From positions 1,120,001 through 1,184,000 of the forward strand of contig CAWIBO010000002.1 of the NCBI GenBank assembly GCA_963834385.1: 64,000 nucleotides of DNA, read 5' to 3'. The notes under the pieces were generated by a model. The model saw nothing but the letters and a program-made list of their open reading frames with translations. It had not been told where the DNA came from and searched no databases. The DNA comes from an uncultured Verrucomicrobiae bacterium (GTDB lineage: Bacteria; Verrucomicrobiota; Verrucomicrobiia; Chthoniobacterales; UBA10450). Below, one piece after another: positions 10,204-21,579 of this stretch (positions are counted from its first letter, which is position 1; every line of letters starts with the position of its first letter). Made by a program: the position numbers and the translations under genes.

Positions 10204-10842
10204 ATGTTCTCGCTCCGAACCTTCTTTGGCGACGATCAGAAGTTCTACGACCTGCTCGAGGGGAGCGCGCAGGAGGCCGACGTCAGCGTGCATCATCTGG
10301 TCGATTTGCTGGCCCGGTTGAAGAAATCGACCTCGCCGGAGAACCTCGATGAATTCGTCAGCAGCCGCCGGAAGGACAAGGAGATCACCCAGGAGCTGAC
10401 CGAACAGCTTTGCAAAACCTTCATCACCCCGCTGGAGCGCGAGGATATCCAGGCGCTCGCGACCGCCCTCTACAAGATACCCAAGACGGTCGAGAAAATC
10501 GGGGAGCGGGTCCTGCTCCGCCCGGGGGAATTGCACGGCGAAGATTTCGGCGAGCACATGTCGCTCCTCGATGAGGCGGCCGAGACGGTCCTGGCGATGG
10601 TGAAATCGCTCCGGCACGGCATCGATATTGGAACGGCGCGCGAGATGAACCAGCGCCTCCAGGCCATCGAGGGAGCGGCGGACAAGCTGGAACTGGACAA
10701 ATTGCGCGAGCTTTATAATGGCGAAGGAAACGCCATCCACGTGATGTATCTGCGCGACCTCTTCGACCTTCTCGAGAAGGTGATCGACCGGTGCCGGGAC
10801 GCCGGCAACATCATCCTGCAGATCGTGCTCAAGCATTCCTGA
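10204..10842 (+). CDS. DUF47 phosphate transport regulator (PhoU-like)
   Basis: TFITPLEREDI and EKVIDRCRDAGN; ATG at 10204 inside the long ORF 8644..10842; directly upstream of pit. Confidence 0.9.
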   Translation: MFSLRTFFGDDQKFYDLLEGSAQEADVSVHHLVDLLARLKKSTSPENLDEFVSSRRKDKEITQELTEQLCKTFITPLEREDIQALATALYKIPKTVEKIGERVLLRPGELHGEDFGEHMSLLDEAAETVLAMVKSLRHGIDIGTAREMNQRLQAIEGAADKLELDKLRELYNGEGNAIHVMYLRDLFDLLEKVIDRCRDAGNIILQIVLKHS

Positions 10843-10855
10843 GGCAGCCGGGAAC

Positions 10856-11893
<1,038 letters not shown>

Positions 11894-11994
11894 TTCTCCG
11901 GCACCTGCGCGAGGAAACGGCGCCCGACGAGGGGGCGCTTCCCTCGGGGATTTGTCCCGCGCCGATAATGGCGCATCGTTGGCAGCCGGGCCGG

Positions 11995-12684
11995 ATGAAG
12001 GAAAAGAAGAGCATTCTGATCATTGAAGACGAGCAGGACGTGATCGATCTGCTCGCGCTGCATCTGCGCAAGGCGGGCGAGTTCGCCATTTCCATCGCGG
12101 AGGATGGCGCGCTCGGGTTAAAAAAGGCCCGGGCGGAAATGCCGGCCCTGATCATTCTCGATCTCATGCTGCCGAGGATGCCGGGCCTCGAAGTCTGCAG
12201 GATTCTCAAGACCGAAAGCGCCACCCGGCACATCCCGGTGGTGATGCTGACCGCCAGGGCGGAGGAAGTGGACCGCATCGTGGGCCTGGAGTTCGGGGCC
12301 GATGATTACGTGACGAAACCGTTCAGCCCGCGGGAGTTGATCCTCCGGATCAAGGCGATCATGCGGCGGACCAGCGATGAAAAGACGGACGAGAAACTGG
12401 TGGCGGGCGTCATCTCGATCGATCCCGCCCGTCATCATGTCCTGGTCAACGGCAAGTCGATCAAGTTGACCAGCGTCGAGTTCAAGCTCCTGGCCACGCT
12501 GGTGCGCCGCCGCGGACGGGTGCAGGCGCGCGACCGGTTGTTGAACGAAGTCTGGGGTTATGAAGCCGCCATCGACACAAGGACGGTCGACACCCATGTG
12601 CGCCGGCTCCGGGAAAAACTGGGCAAAGCCGCGGACGAAATCGAGACGGTGCGCGGGTTCGGCTACCGTCTGCGGGAAGGCTGA
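11995..12684 (+). CDS. phoB: Phosphate regulon response regulator (OmpR/PhoB family)
   Basis: ILIIEDE..LDLMLP..GADDYVTKPFS receiver; TRTVDTHVRRLREKL winged helix; context. Confidence 0.9.
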   Translation: MKEKKSILIIEDEQDVIDLLALHLRKAGEFAISIAEDGALGLKKARAEMPALIILDLMLPRMPGLEVCRILKTESATRHIPVVMLTARAEEVDRIVGLEFGADDYVTKPFSPRELILRIKAIMRRTSDEKTDEKLVAGVISIDPARHHVLVNGKSIKLTSVEFKLLATLVRRRGRVQARDRLLNEVWGYEAAIDTRTVDTHVRRLREKLGKAADEIETVRGFGYRLREG

Positions 12685-12687
12685 GCG

Positions 12688-13968
12688 ATGAACGGTTGGA
12701 TCGTCGCGTTCCTGCTCGCGGTGATCGTGGCGCTGCCCATCCTGCTCTGGTACCGCTGGGGGGCGCCCTGGCGGGAATTTGATCAATTGACCCGGTCCAT
12801 GGCGGAGGGAGGGGTGAAACCGCGGCTGCTTTACACGGGGAACTCGAGGCTGGCGAGGATCGCCCGGCGCCTGGGCGAACTGCAGCACGAGCGGTCGGAA
12901 CTCGAGGCGCGCCTCGACGCGAGCGAATCGAGGACGCACGCCATTTTTGACGCGGTCCTCGATGGAGTGGCGGTCCTGGACGACAACCGCCGCATCCGGC
13001 TGGCGAACGCCGCCATGGAACGGCTTTTCAGCCGGCGCCCTTTCACCCCGGGTCTTTCGCTGCTGGAGGTGACGCGGAATGCCGATATTGACCGGCTCGT
13101 GGCGGCCGCGCTCGAGACGCGCGAACCGCAGCAGGGTGATCTCGCCTTCACGCTCGAAGGCGCCGAGGCCAGGATGCAGGCCAGCGCGGTTCCTCTTCCA
13201 CGCGGAGAACCGGGCGGCGCGGTGGTTCTTTTGCGCGACGTCACCCGCCTCCATGCCAGTGAACAGTTGCGCCGGGATTTCGTCGCCAATGTCTCCCATG
13301 AATTAAGAACGCCGCTCTCCATCCTGAACGGATATATCGAAACCCTGCTGGACGATCCCGGGCAGCCGCCAGAGGAACTCGATCGCATCGTGCGCGTCAT
13401 GGAGCGGCACGCCCGGCGTCTTACCCTGCTGGTGGAGGATATTCTCAGCCTGGCCCGCCTCGAGGCGCCCTCGGCCCGGTTGCAGCTGGCGGAAATTCAT
13501 CTGCCCAAATTCCTCGAAGGCATCCTGCGCGACTGGCAAAAACGCTTTGAAACGAAGAAGCTGCGCTGCCGTCTCGCCTGCCCTGATTCGCTCCCGGCCG
13601 TGCAGGCCGATGAAGACCGGCTGGCGGAGATTGTCTACAACCTGCTCGATAACGCGGTTAAATATTCGCACCCGGAGGGCGAGATCCGGGTCGAGGTCTC
13701 GCACCACGGCGACTGGGTGCGCCTGGCCATTGCCGATGAAGGCATCGGCATTTCCGCCCGGGATTTGCCCCGCGTTTTTGAGCGCTTCTACCGGGCTGAC
13801 CAGGCTCGCAGCCGGGCACAGGGCGGGACCGGCCTTGGCCTGGCCATCGTGAAGCACATCGCCCAGCTCCATGGCGGTGCCGCTGAGGCGGTTAGCCGGA
13901 CAGCCGAAGGCGCCACCATCACCGTGACCCTCCCGATCGCCGGGCCGGAAACCGTCACCAAAACGTAA
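12688..13968 (+). CDS. phoR: Phosphate regulon sensor histidine kinase
   Basis: TM, PAS, FVANVSHELRTPL, NLLDNAVKY, GTGLGLAIVKH. Confidence 0.9.
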   Translation: MNGWIVAFLLAVIVALPILLWYRWGAPWREFDQLTRSMAEGGVKPRLLYTGNSRLARIARRLGELQHERSELEARLDASESRTHAIFDAVLDGVAVLDDNRRIRLANAAMERLFSRRPFTPGLSLLEVTRNADIDRLVAAALETREPQQGDLAFTLEGAEARMQASAVPLPRGEPGGAVVLLRDVTRLHASEQLRRDFVANVSHELRTPLSILNGYIETLLDDPGQPPEELDRIVRVMERHARRLTLLVEDILSLARLEAPSARLQLAEIHLPKFLEGILRDWQKRFETKKLRCRLACPDSLPAVQADEDRLAEIVYNLLDNAVKYSHPEGEIRVEVSHHGDWVRLAIADEGIGISARDLPRVFERFYRADQARSRAQGGTGLGLAIVKHIAQLHGGAAEAVSRTAEGATITVTLPIAGPETVTKT

Positions 13969-13975
13969 CAGGAAA
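13954..13975 (+). promoter_or_regulatory. Pho box upstream of pstC
   Basis: GTCAC (13954) and GTAAC (13965), 11-bp spaced direct repeat overlapping the phoR stop codon. Confidence 0.7.
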
Positions 13976-14021
13976 CCGGTTGCCCGGGGGGCCTTCGCTC
14001 CGGCATCGTTTTTCTTCACTC

Positions 14022-15605
14022 ATGGAAACCGCCACAGATACTTCCGGTTTCCGCGCCCGGGGCGAGGGCGTCGTGAAAACGCGCCGGACCCGGGAACAGT
14101 TGATCCGCGTCTTTTTCGGAGGCAACGCCTTGGTTGCGATCGTTGTCCTGGGCCTGATCACCATTTTTCTTTTCCGGGAGGGCTTCGGTTTCTTTGGGCA
14201 AAACCTGACCAACCTGCGGCTCTACCGGGAAAGCGGTCTGGAATATGTGGACATCATCCGCGGGCAGGCGCGCGGGCATACCGCGCTGGTGCGGGGGCTG
14301 AACTCGATCCGGGCGCGGCAGTTTGAACGCCTCCAGGATGCGGGCCGGTCGCCCGAGCAAATCCTGGCGGCGCTGGCCCCCTTTGACCAGTTTCTCGAGT
14401 CCTTCAGCACGAGCGGGGAGGATTTAAACGGGATTGTTTCCGACCTCGGCGAGCAGGCGTCGGCCCTGAACGCCGAGCTGAGCGCGCAGGCCGAGCTCCT
14501 GGTGGCGCGCGAAAACCTGGCGCAACGGGGGGGTGCTCCCGGGATCGAGATCAAGCCGGTCGATCGCGCCGGGCAACTGGCTTTGTTGCGGACCGGCGGC
14601 GAAAGTTTTTCCCCCCTTTCCGCGGCGCTCACGGCGGAAGTGCAGCGGTTGCTGCACGCGGCCCCAACGATGCCCGACCCGGCGTCGCAACGGGCCTTCG
14701 AAGCGTGGCAGGAAAAGGCCAGTGCCTATGTCGCCGGGCTGCCGCGAACCACGGCGCAGTTGCGGGCCTGGAACCCGGACAAACCGGTGACCTGGTATCG
14801 CGGCATCAGTTCGTTCCTCTTCGGGCGCGACTGGATCACCGCCAGTTTCTGGCAGGATTGGTATGGAATTCTGCCGCTGCTGACCGGCTCGATCATGGTT
14901 TCGGTCGTGGCTCTGACGATTGCCGTCCCGCTAAGCGTGGCGGCCGCGATCTATGTCAGTGAGATCGCGACGGTCCGGGAGAAAAAGGTGATCAAGCCCT
15001 ACATCGAGTTCATTGCCGCCATTCCGTCCGTTGTCCTCGGCTTTTTCGGCATCGCCGTGGTGGGCGAGGCGATCCGGGCGGCTTCGCGTTCCGAGTGGCT
15101 GAGTTGGGTCAGTTTTTTTCCCCTGAGCGAGCGCCTGAACATCTTCACCGCGGGATGCCTGCTCGCGCTCATGGCGGTCCCAACGATCTTTACCCTGGCG
15201 GAGGACGCGCTCCGCAACGTGCCCCGCGGTTTTAAGGAAGCCTCCTATGCCCTTGGCGCCAATCGCCTCCAGACCATCGGGCGGGTGCTCATCCCTTCCT
15301 CACTCTCCGGCATCGTTTCCGCCATTCTGCTCGGGCTCGGCCGCGTCATCGGCGAGACCATGGTGGTGCTCCTGTGCGCGGGTAACCGCATTGAAATCCC
15401 CGATTTCACGGAAGGCCTGGGCGCGTTCTTCCAGCCGGTCCACACCATGACCGGGATCATTGCGCAGGAGATGGGCGAAGTGGTGCGGGGCAGCATGCAT
15501 TACCGCGCCCTCTTCATGGTCGGGCTCGTCCTTTTCACCATTACGCTTTGCATCAACTATCTCGCGCAGAAACTGGTCGCGCGTTACCGGATGAACATTG
15601 GCTAG
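14022..15605 (+). CDS. pstC: Phosphate ABC transporter permease PstC with long soluble insert
   Basis: KPYIEFIAAIPSVVLGFFG, EASYALGA, GRVIGETM; ATG 14022 chosen as start. Confidence 0.92.
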   Translation: METATDTSGFRARGEGVVKTRRTREQLIRVFFGGNALVAIVVLGLITIFLFREGFGFFGQNLTNLRLYRESGLEYVDIIRGQARGHTALVRGLNSIRARQFERLQDAGRSPEQILAALAPFDQFLESFSTSGEDLNGIVSDLGEQASALNAELSAQAELLVARENLAQRGGAPGIEIKPVDRAGQLALLRTGGESFSPLSAALTAEVQRLLHAAPTMPDPASQRAFEAWQEKASAYVAGLPRTTAQLRAWNPDKPVTWYRGISSFLFGRDWITASFWQDWYGILPLLTGSIMVSVVALTIAVPLSVAAAIYVSEIATVREKKVIKPYIEFIAAIPSVVLGFFGIAVVGEAIRAASRSEWLSWVSFFPLSERLNIFTAGCLLALMAVPTIFTLAEDALRNVPRGFKEASYALGANRLQTIGRVLIPSSLSGIVSAILLGLGRVIGETMVVLLCAGNRIEIPDFTEGLGAFFQPVHTMTGIIAQEMGEVVRGSMHYRALFMVGLVLFTITLCINYLAQKLVARYRMNIG

Positions 15606-16631
15606 ATGAAAGCGAGATCTTCCAACATGGCGCGAAGCCGTTTCCTGGAGCGGACGATGTTCTGGATCTTCCGGCTGGCCACCTATTTCATCCTCGCCTG
15701 CGCCTCCTACATCTTCCTCGATATCGGCATCAAGGGCAGCCGAACCCTTTTCCAGGCGGAGTTTCCCTTCCTCAACGTCGATTTTCTGACGGAGAATCCG
15801 CAAACCCTTTACGTTTTCAACCACGAAGGACGGGAGATGGCCCTGGGCGACCAGGATTACCGGGCCTGGCAGGCGCAACACCCCGGGGTGGAGGTAAATC
15901 CCTCCACCGTGGCCTATTCCGCCGGGGGAATCTGGCCCTGCATCGTGGGCACGGCCCTGCTCGTCATTGGCTCCATGACCCTGGCTCTTTTCGTCGGCAT
16001 CAGCAGCGCGATTTTCCTGAGCGAGTACAGCCGGAACAACGCCTTCATCCGGCTGGCGCGCGTCGCCATCCTGAACCTGGCCGGTGTCCCATCGATCGTC
16101 TTTGGCCTCTTTGGTTTCGGGCTCTTCGTCATTTTCTTTGGCTGGAACGTCTCGCTCCTCGCGGGGTGGTTCACTCTCGGGCTGATGATCCTGCCCGCGA
16201 TCATCACCGCGAGCGAGGAGTCGCTCCGGGCCGTGCCGCAGGGGCTGCGCGAAGGCTCGCTCGCCCTCGGCGCGACGAAATGGCAGACCATCCGCAAGAA
16301 TGTCCTCCCCTACGCCCTGCCCGGAGTCCTCACCTCATCGATCCTCGGCATTGCCCGCGTCGCGGGGGAGACGGCTCCGATCATGTTTACCGCCGCGTAC
16401 GCCATGCGCGACGAGATGCCATGGCAGGTCTCGAAATGGACCGATTTCTTTTTCCAGGGCGTCATGGCCCTGCCCTATCACATTTACGTGGTCAGCTCGA
16501 AAATACCCCAGAATGAGCACACCGAGCGCGTGCAATACGGCGCGGCGCTGGTTTTCCTCCTCGTCGTGATGCTCATCGCTCTCTCCTCGATTTTGTTGAG
16601 GGAAAGAAGCCGGAGCCGATTATCATGGTGA
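15606..16631 (+). CDS. pstA: Phosphate ABC transporter permease PstA
   Basis: [38 protein letters not shown]. Confidence 0.95.
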   Translation: MKARSSNMARSRFLERTMFWIFRLATYFILACASYIFLDIGIKGSRTLFQAEFPFLNVDFLTENPQTLYVFNHEGREMALGDQDYRAWQAQHPGVEVNPSTVAYSAGGIWPCIVGTALLVIGSMTLALFVGISSAIFLSEYSRNNAFIRLARVAILNLAGVPSIVFGLFGFGLFVIFFGWNVSLLAGWFTLGLMILPAIITASEESLRAVPQGLREGSLALGATKWQTIRKNVLPYALPGVLTSSILGIARVAGETAPIMFTAAYAMRDEMPWQVSKWTDFFFQGVMALPYHIYVVSSKIPQNEHTERVQYGAALVFLLVVMLIALSSILLRERSRSRLSW

Positions 16632-17476
16632 ACCTGATGGAACTTAGTAAGCCCGCCCAGTCCCAGGCTGTTCCGCAAGAGGCGGCCGCGCCGGCGGCGG
16701 CTTCGCGTGCGCTCGACCGCCGGACCATCATCGAGATCGAGGACCTCGATTTTGCCTACGGCACCAACACGGTTCTGCAGGATATCACCCTGAACATCCC
16801 GCGCCGCGCGGTCACGTCCTTCATCGGCCCCTCCGGCTGCGGCAAGACCACGCTGCTGCGCTGTTTGAACCGGATGAACGACCTGGTGGAGGGCGCCCGC
16901 ATCACTTCCGGTTCCATCCGGATCGACGGCGTGGACATCAACGATCCCGGGGTGGATGTGGTCGATCTCCGGCGCCGGGTGGGCATGGTTTTCCAGAAAT
17001 CGAACCCGTTCCCGAAGTCGATCTACGACAACATCGCCTACGGCTTGCGGATCGCGGGGGTGAAGAAGCGTGCGCTCATCGACGAGGCTGTGGAGAAAAG
17101 CCTGCGCTCGGCCGCGCTCTGGGACGAGGTCAAGGATCGCCTCGATGTCAGCGGCTACGGTCTCTCCGGCGGGCAGCAGCAGCGCCTTTGCATTGCGCGG
17201 GCCCTGGCGGTGGAGCCGGAGATTGTCCTCATGGACGAGCCTTGCTCGGCCCTTGATCCCATCGCCACCGCCAAGGTGGAGGAACTGATCCACGAGCTGC
17301 GCAACCAGTACACCATCGTGATCGTGACGCACAACATGCAGCAGGCGGGGCGCTGCTCGGATCACACGGCCTTCTTTTATCTTGGACGCCTGATCGAGTT
17401 CGATTCCACTTCCAAAATTTTCTCGAACCCGTCACAAAAACAGACCGAGGACTACATCACCGGGCGATTTGGTTAA
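16625..17476 (+). CDS. pstB: Phosphate ABC transporter ATPase
   Basis: [34 protein letters not shown]. Confidence 0.97.
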   Translation: MVNLMELSKPAQSQAVPQEAAAPAAASRALDRRTIIEIEDLDFAYGTNTVLQDITLNIPRRAVTSFIGPSGCGKTTLLRCLNRMNDLVEGARITSGSIRIDGVDINDPGVDVVDLRRRVGMVFQKSNPFPKSIYDNIAYGLRIAGVKKRALIDEAVEKSLRSAALWDEVKDRLDVSGYGLSGGQQQRLCIARALAVEPEIVLMDEPCSALDPIATAKVEELIHELRNQYTIVIVTHNMQQAGRCSDHTAFFYLGRLIEFDSTSKIFSNPSQKQTEDYITGRFG

Positions 17477-17481
17477 GAGCG

Positions 17482-18162
17482 ATGACGCGACACATCCTGA
17501 ACAATTTCGACGAGGCGCTGGCCTCCTTGCGCAACAACGTTCTCCTGATGACGAGCCTGACGGAGCGAAGTCTCAGCCAGGCCATGACCGGGCTCTTCCA
17601 GCGGGACGAGGATCTTTGCGCCTCCGCCATTGCCGATGACGAGGAGATCGACCAGCTGGAGAAGCAGGTGGACAAGGACGGGATTGATCTGCTCCTGCGT
17701 TTCCAGCCGGTGGCGTCCGACCTGCGCCGGGTGGTCTCGGCCATGAAACTTTCCTCGAACGTAGAGCGGATCGGCGACCAGGCGGTCAACATCGCCCGGC
17801 GCGGGCGCAAGCTCAGCCGGCACCCGGCCCTCGAGGAAATCCGGCTGATCGAGCCGATGAACGAGCATGCCATGGCCATGTTCCGCGACAGCGTCGACGC
17901 CTTCATGCGGGAGGACGTGGAGCTGGCCATGACCTTGAAACCGCGGGACAAAAAACTGGACGAACTGAACGCCAACGCCGGGTCAAAGCTGATCGAGCGC
18001 ATGGCGCAGGATCCCGACCAGCTCCGGGGTTACCTCAACCTGATGTTCATCTCGCGGTGCCTCGAGCGGGTGGGCGACCATGCCACCAATATCGCCGAGG
18101 ACGCGGTCTACGCCGCCGCGGCGGAGGACATCCGGCACCGGCCATTTGTTGCGTCGGCCTGA
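17482..18162 (+). CDS. phoU: Phosphate signalling protein PhoU
   Basis: QPVASDLR, ERIGDQAVNIA and ERVGDHATNIAE repeats. Confidence 0.95.
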   Translation: MTRHILNNFDEALASLRNNVLLMTSLTERSLSQAMTGLFQRDEDLCASAIADDEEIDQLEKQVDKDGIDLLLRFQPVASDLRRVVSAMKLSSNVERIGDQAVNIARRGRKLSRHPALEEIRLIEPMNEHAMAMFRDSVDAFMREDVELAMTLKPRDKKLDELNANAGSKLIERMAQDPDQLRGYLNLMFISRCLERVGDHATNIAEDAVYAAAAEDIRHRPFVASA

Positions 18163-18184
18163 GACGCGGTGCATTTAAGGGTTC

Positions 18185-20407
18185 ATGGCCGTTGAATCCA
18201 CCGCGCGGGTCGCGACCGACGAGGTCGGCACGCCCAGCGTGGACGGCGGGGCGGCGGAGGGGGTCGAGGCGTTTTCCGATCCCGGTCATTTCATCAACCG
18301 CGAGCTGAGCTGGCTGGAATTCAACCGACGAGTCCTGGAAGAGGCGCAGGATGCGACGCAGCCGCTCATGGAACGGGTCAAGTTCCTGACAATCTTCAGC
18401 TCGAACCTCGACGAATTCTTCGAGATCCGGGTGGCCGGGATCAAGCAGCAGATCGAAAGCGAGACGAGCGAGCTCGGGCCGGACGGCCTGAGCGCGACCG
18501 AGACCTTCAACGCCATCCAGCGCATCGCGCACGAGATGGTCGCGACCGAGTATGCCCTCTGGAACAACGAGTTGCAGCCCGCCCTCGCCCGCCAGGGGAT
18601 CCGCATCCATCATGTGCGCGATCTCAACACCCGGCGGGCGGCCTGGGCCCAGCGCTATTTCCAGGAAGAGGTCTTCCCCATGCTCACGCCGCTGGCCGTC
18701 GATGCCAGCCACCCTTTTCCCCAGCTCCTGAACAAGAGCCACAATCTCCTGGTGCGGGCCCGGGCCGGCCGCGGCGGCGAGATGCTTCACGCCATCGTGC
18801 AGGTCCCGCGCGTCATTCCGCGCCTGATCGCCCTGCCGCGCAACCGGGGCAAGGGCGAACCGTGGGACTACATCTACCTCGCTTCGCTCATCAAGCAGAA
18901 CATCGCTGCGCTTTTCCCTGGGATGATCCTCGACGGCGTGCACGCCTTCCGTGTCACCCGGAACAGCGATCTCTACATTGACGAGGAGGAAGCCGACAAC
19001 CTCCTGCGCAGCATCGAGGAGGAACTGAAGCGGTCGAGCCGTGGCGATGCCGTGCGCCTGGAGGTGGAACAGGATTGCCCGAAGGAGTATCGCGACCTGC
19101 TCCTCGAGTTTTTCGATCTGGCCGAGGCCGACCTTTACCGGGTGGACGGCCCGCTTTCCATGGCTCACCTGATGCCGCTGGTGACGAACGATGCCTTTGC
19201 CCGCCTGAAAGACCGCCCGTTCCAGCCGGCGCGCGACCCGGCCCTGCCGAAAGGAGCCAATCCCTTTGAGGTGCTGCGCAAACAGGATGTCCTGCTCCAC
19301 CACCCCTACGAGAGTTTCGACACGGTGGTCGAGCTGATCGAGTGCGCCGCGGCCGATCCGCTTGTGCTGGCGCTGAAGATCACACTTTATCGCACCAGCG
19401 GCGATTCGCCGATCGTTGAGGCGTTGATTGACGCCGCCAACGCCGGGAAACAGGTGACCGCACTGGTGGAACTGCGGGCGCGTTTCGACGAGGCGGCCAA
19501 CATCCAGTGGGCGCGCCGGCTCGAGGAAGCGGGCGCCCATGTTGTCTATGGCGTGGTCGGTCTGAAAACGCACTGCAAGGCGCTCCTCATCGTGCGGCGG
19601 GACAGCGATCGCCTGCGCCAGTATGTTCATCTCGGCACCGGGAATTACCACCCGCGCACCGCCCGCATTTACACCGATTTCAGCCTGCTGACCGCGCGGC
19701 CCAGGCTGACCGACGAGGTGGCGGTGGTCTTCAATACCCTGACCGGCCTGGCGGCCTTTCCCGGCCTGCAGAATCTTCTGGTGGCGCCGTTCGATCTGCA
19801 GACCAAGCTGATCGAGTTCATCGAGCGGGAACGCGATCACGCCCGCGCCGGGCGCGAGGCCCGGATCATCGTGAAGCTGAACTCGCTGGTGGATGAGGAG
19901 GCGATCCTCAAGCTTTATGAAGCTTCCGCTGCCGGGGTGAAGATCGATCTGATCGTGCGCGGGATTTGCTGTCTGCGTCCCCGGCTCAAGGGTGTGAGCG
20001 AGAACATTCGCGTGATCAGCATCGTCGGGCGCTTCCTGGAGCACAGCCGGATTTATTATTTTGCCAACAACGGGAAGCCGGACCTTTATCTGTCCAGCGC
20101 CGACTGGATGCCGCGCAATTTTTTGCGCCGGGTGGAGGTCGCCTTCCCCATCCAGGACCCGGCCTTGCGCGATGAAATCGTCAACGAAACCCTGCCGACT
20201 TTCCTGAGCGACTGTGTGAAGGCCCGCGAACTCCAGCCCGATGGAAAATATGTTCGTCTCGCGACTCCCGAGGGGGGCACCCGGGCCCAGGCCCAGCTGG
20301 CCTTTCGGAACCGCGCCCGCCGGCTGGCCCGCCAGGCCGCCGAAGCACAGGTGACCCCGGCATCGAAACTCGTCCCGATCAAGAAGGCGGGGAGGACACG
20401 CCCATGA
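18185..20407 (+). CDS. ppk1: Polyphosphate kinase 1
   Basis: NRELSWLEFNRRVL, HHPYESF, ARFDEAANI, RFLEHSRI, SADWMPRN. Confidence 0.98.
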   Translation: MAVESTARVATDEVGTPSVDGGAAEGVEAFSDPGHFINRELSWLEFNRRVLEEAQDATQPLMERVKFLTIFSSNLDEFFEIRVAGIKQQIESETSELGPDGLSATETFNAIQRIAHEMVATEYALWNNELQPALARQGIRIHHVRDLNTRRAAWAQRYFQEEVFPMLTPLAVDASHPFPQLLNKSHNLLVRARAGRGGEMLHAIVQVPRVIPRLIALPRNRGKGEPWDYIYLASLIKQNIAALFPGMILDGVHAFRVTRNSDLYIDEEEADNLLRSIEEELKRSSRGDAVRLEVEQDCPKEYRDLLLEFFDLAEADLYRVDGPLSMAHLMPLVTNDAFARLKDRPFQPARDPALPKGANPFEVLRKQDVLLHHPYESFDTVVELIECAAADPLVLALKITLYRTSGDSPIVEALIDAANAGKQVTALVELRARFDEAANIQWARRLEEAGAHVVYGVVGLKTHCKALLIVRRDSDRLRQYVHLGTGNYHPRTARIYTDFSLLTARPRLTDEVAVVFNTLTGLAAFPGLQNLLVAPFDLQTKLIEFIERERDHARAGREARIIVKLNSLVDEEAILKLYEASAAGVKIDLIVRGICCLRPRLKGVSENIRVISIVGRFLEHSRIYYFANNGKPDLYLSSADWMPRNFLRRVEVAFPIQDPALRDEIVNETLPTFLSDCVKARELQPDGKYVRLATPEGGTRAQAQLAFRNRARRLARQAAEAQVTPASKLVPIKKAGRTRP

Positions 20408-21093
20408 AACGGCGCGTCCTCGTCATCGACATCGGCGGAACCAACGTGAAAGTGATGCTTTCCCGCCAGAAACGCCGCAAATTCGACTCCGGACCGGATA
20501 TGGGTCCGCGGCAGTTTATCGCCGATCTGAAGGAAGAGGTCGCCGATTGGAAATTTGATGTGGTCTCGGTCGGGTTCCCTGCTCCGCTGCGCGACGGGCG
20601 GCTCCTGCTTGAGCCGAAGAATCTCGGGAGCGGCTGGAAACGTTTCGACTGGCGCAGGGCCATCGGCAAACCGGTGCGGGTGATGAACGACGCCGCCATG
20701 CAGGCCCTCGGGAGTTATCACGGCGGGCGGATGCTCTTCCTCGGGCTCGGCACGGGGCTGGGGTCCGCCCTGATCTGGCGGGACACGGTCCTGTCGCTCG
20801 AACTGGGAGATCTTCCCTACCTCGACGGGTGCACCATGGAAGACTGGCTGGGCAAGGATGGCCTGAAGCAGATCGGGAAAAAACATTGGTCACACGAGGC
20901 CCGCCGCGTGGTCGAGCATCTGCAAAAAGCCATGGTGGCCGACTACGTGGTCCTGGGCGGCGGCAACGCCAAGCTGCTGGGCAAACTCCCGTCCGAGGTC
21001 GAGCTGGGTCACAACCGCAACGCTTTCCTGGGCGGGAAACGGCTCTGGGCCATCAAAGGCAAGCCCGGCCGGCAGAAGTGGAATATTCTTTGA
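20404..21093 (+). CDS. ROK-family sugar kinase, probable polyphosphate glucokinase
   Basis: DIGGTNVK, NDAAMQALG, LGTGLGSAL; overlaps ppk1. Confidence 0.8.
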   Translation: MKRRVLVIDIGGTNVKVMLSRQKRRKFDSGPDMGPRQFIADLKEEVADWKFDVVSVGFPAPLRDGRLLLEPKNLGSGWKRFDWRRAIGKPVRVMNDAAMQALGSYHGGRMLFLGLGTGLGSALIWRDTVLSLELGDLPYLDGCTMEDWLGKDGLKQIGKKHWSHEARRVVEHLQKAMVADYVVLGGGNAKLLGKLPSEVELGHNRNAFLGGKRLWAIKGKPGRQKWNIL

Positions 21094-21103
21094 GGGGAAC
21101 GGG

Positions 21104-21571
21104 ATGAAGAAGGTGATTTTTTTGCGGCACGGGGAGGCCGATTGGCCGAACTGGGAGGGATCGGATGACGAGCGACCCCTGACAAAGAAGGGCAAGGCGG
21201 AGGTGAATCGGGTGGCGAAATTCCTGAAGCATGCCGGGGCCCGTCCGCTGCTGATTTTCACGAGCCCGCTGCCGCGCGCGGCGCAGACGGCAAAAATCGT
21301 CGCGAAACGGCTTTGCCTTGAACTGGGAGTGAACGAGGAGCTGGGCAAAGGGTTCAACATTGCAAAGCTGCGGCGCATCCTGCGCGAGCACGATGTCGAG
21401 ACGCTCATCGTGGTCGGGCACGAACCCGATTTCACGCATGTCCTGCGGTTGCTCACAGGCGGCGAAGTGCGGCTGGCCAAGGCCGGGGTGGCCTTGGTGG
21501 AGATGGAAAGCGCGGAAAGCAAGGGGCGCCTGCTCTGGCTTTTTCCGCCGCGGTTTGCCCGGAAACGCTGA
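21104..21571 (+). CDS. sixA: Phosphohistidine phosphatase SixA-like
   Basis: LRHGEA, SPLPRAAQTA, VGHEP. Confidence 0.88.
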   Translation: MKKVIFLRHGEADWPNWEGSDDERPLTKKGKAEVNRVAKFLKHAGARPLLIFTSPLPRAAQTAKIVAKRLCLELGVNEELGKGFNIAKLRRILREHDVETLIVVGHEPDFTHVLRLLTGGEVRLAKAGVALVEMESAESKGRLLWLFPPRFARKR

Positions 21572-21579
21572 GCGGCGGC

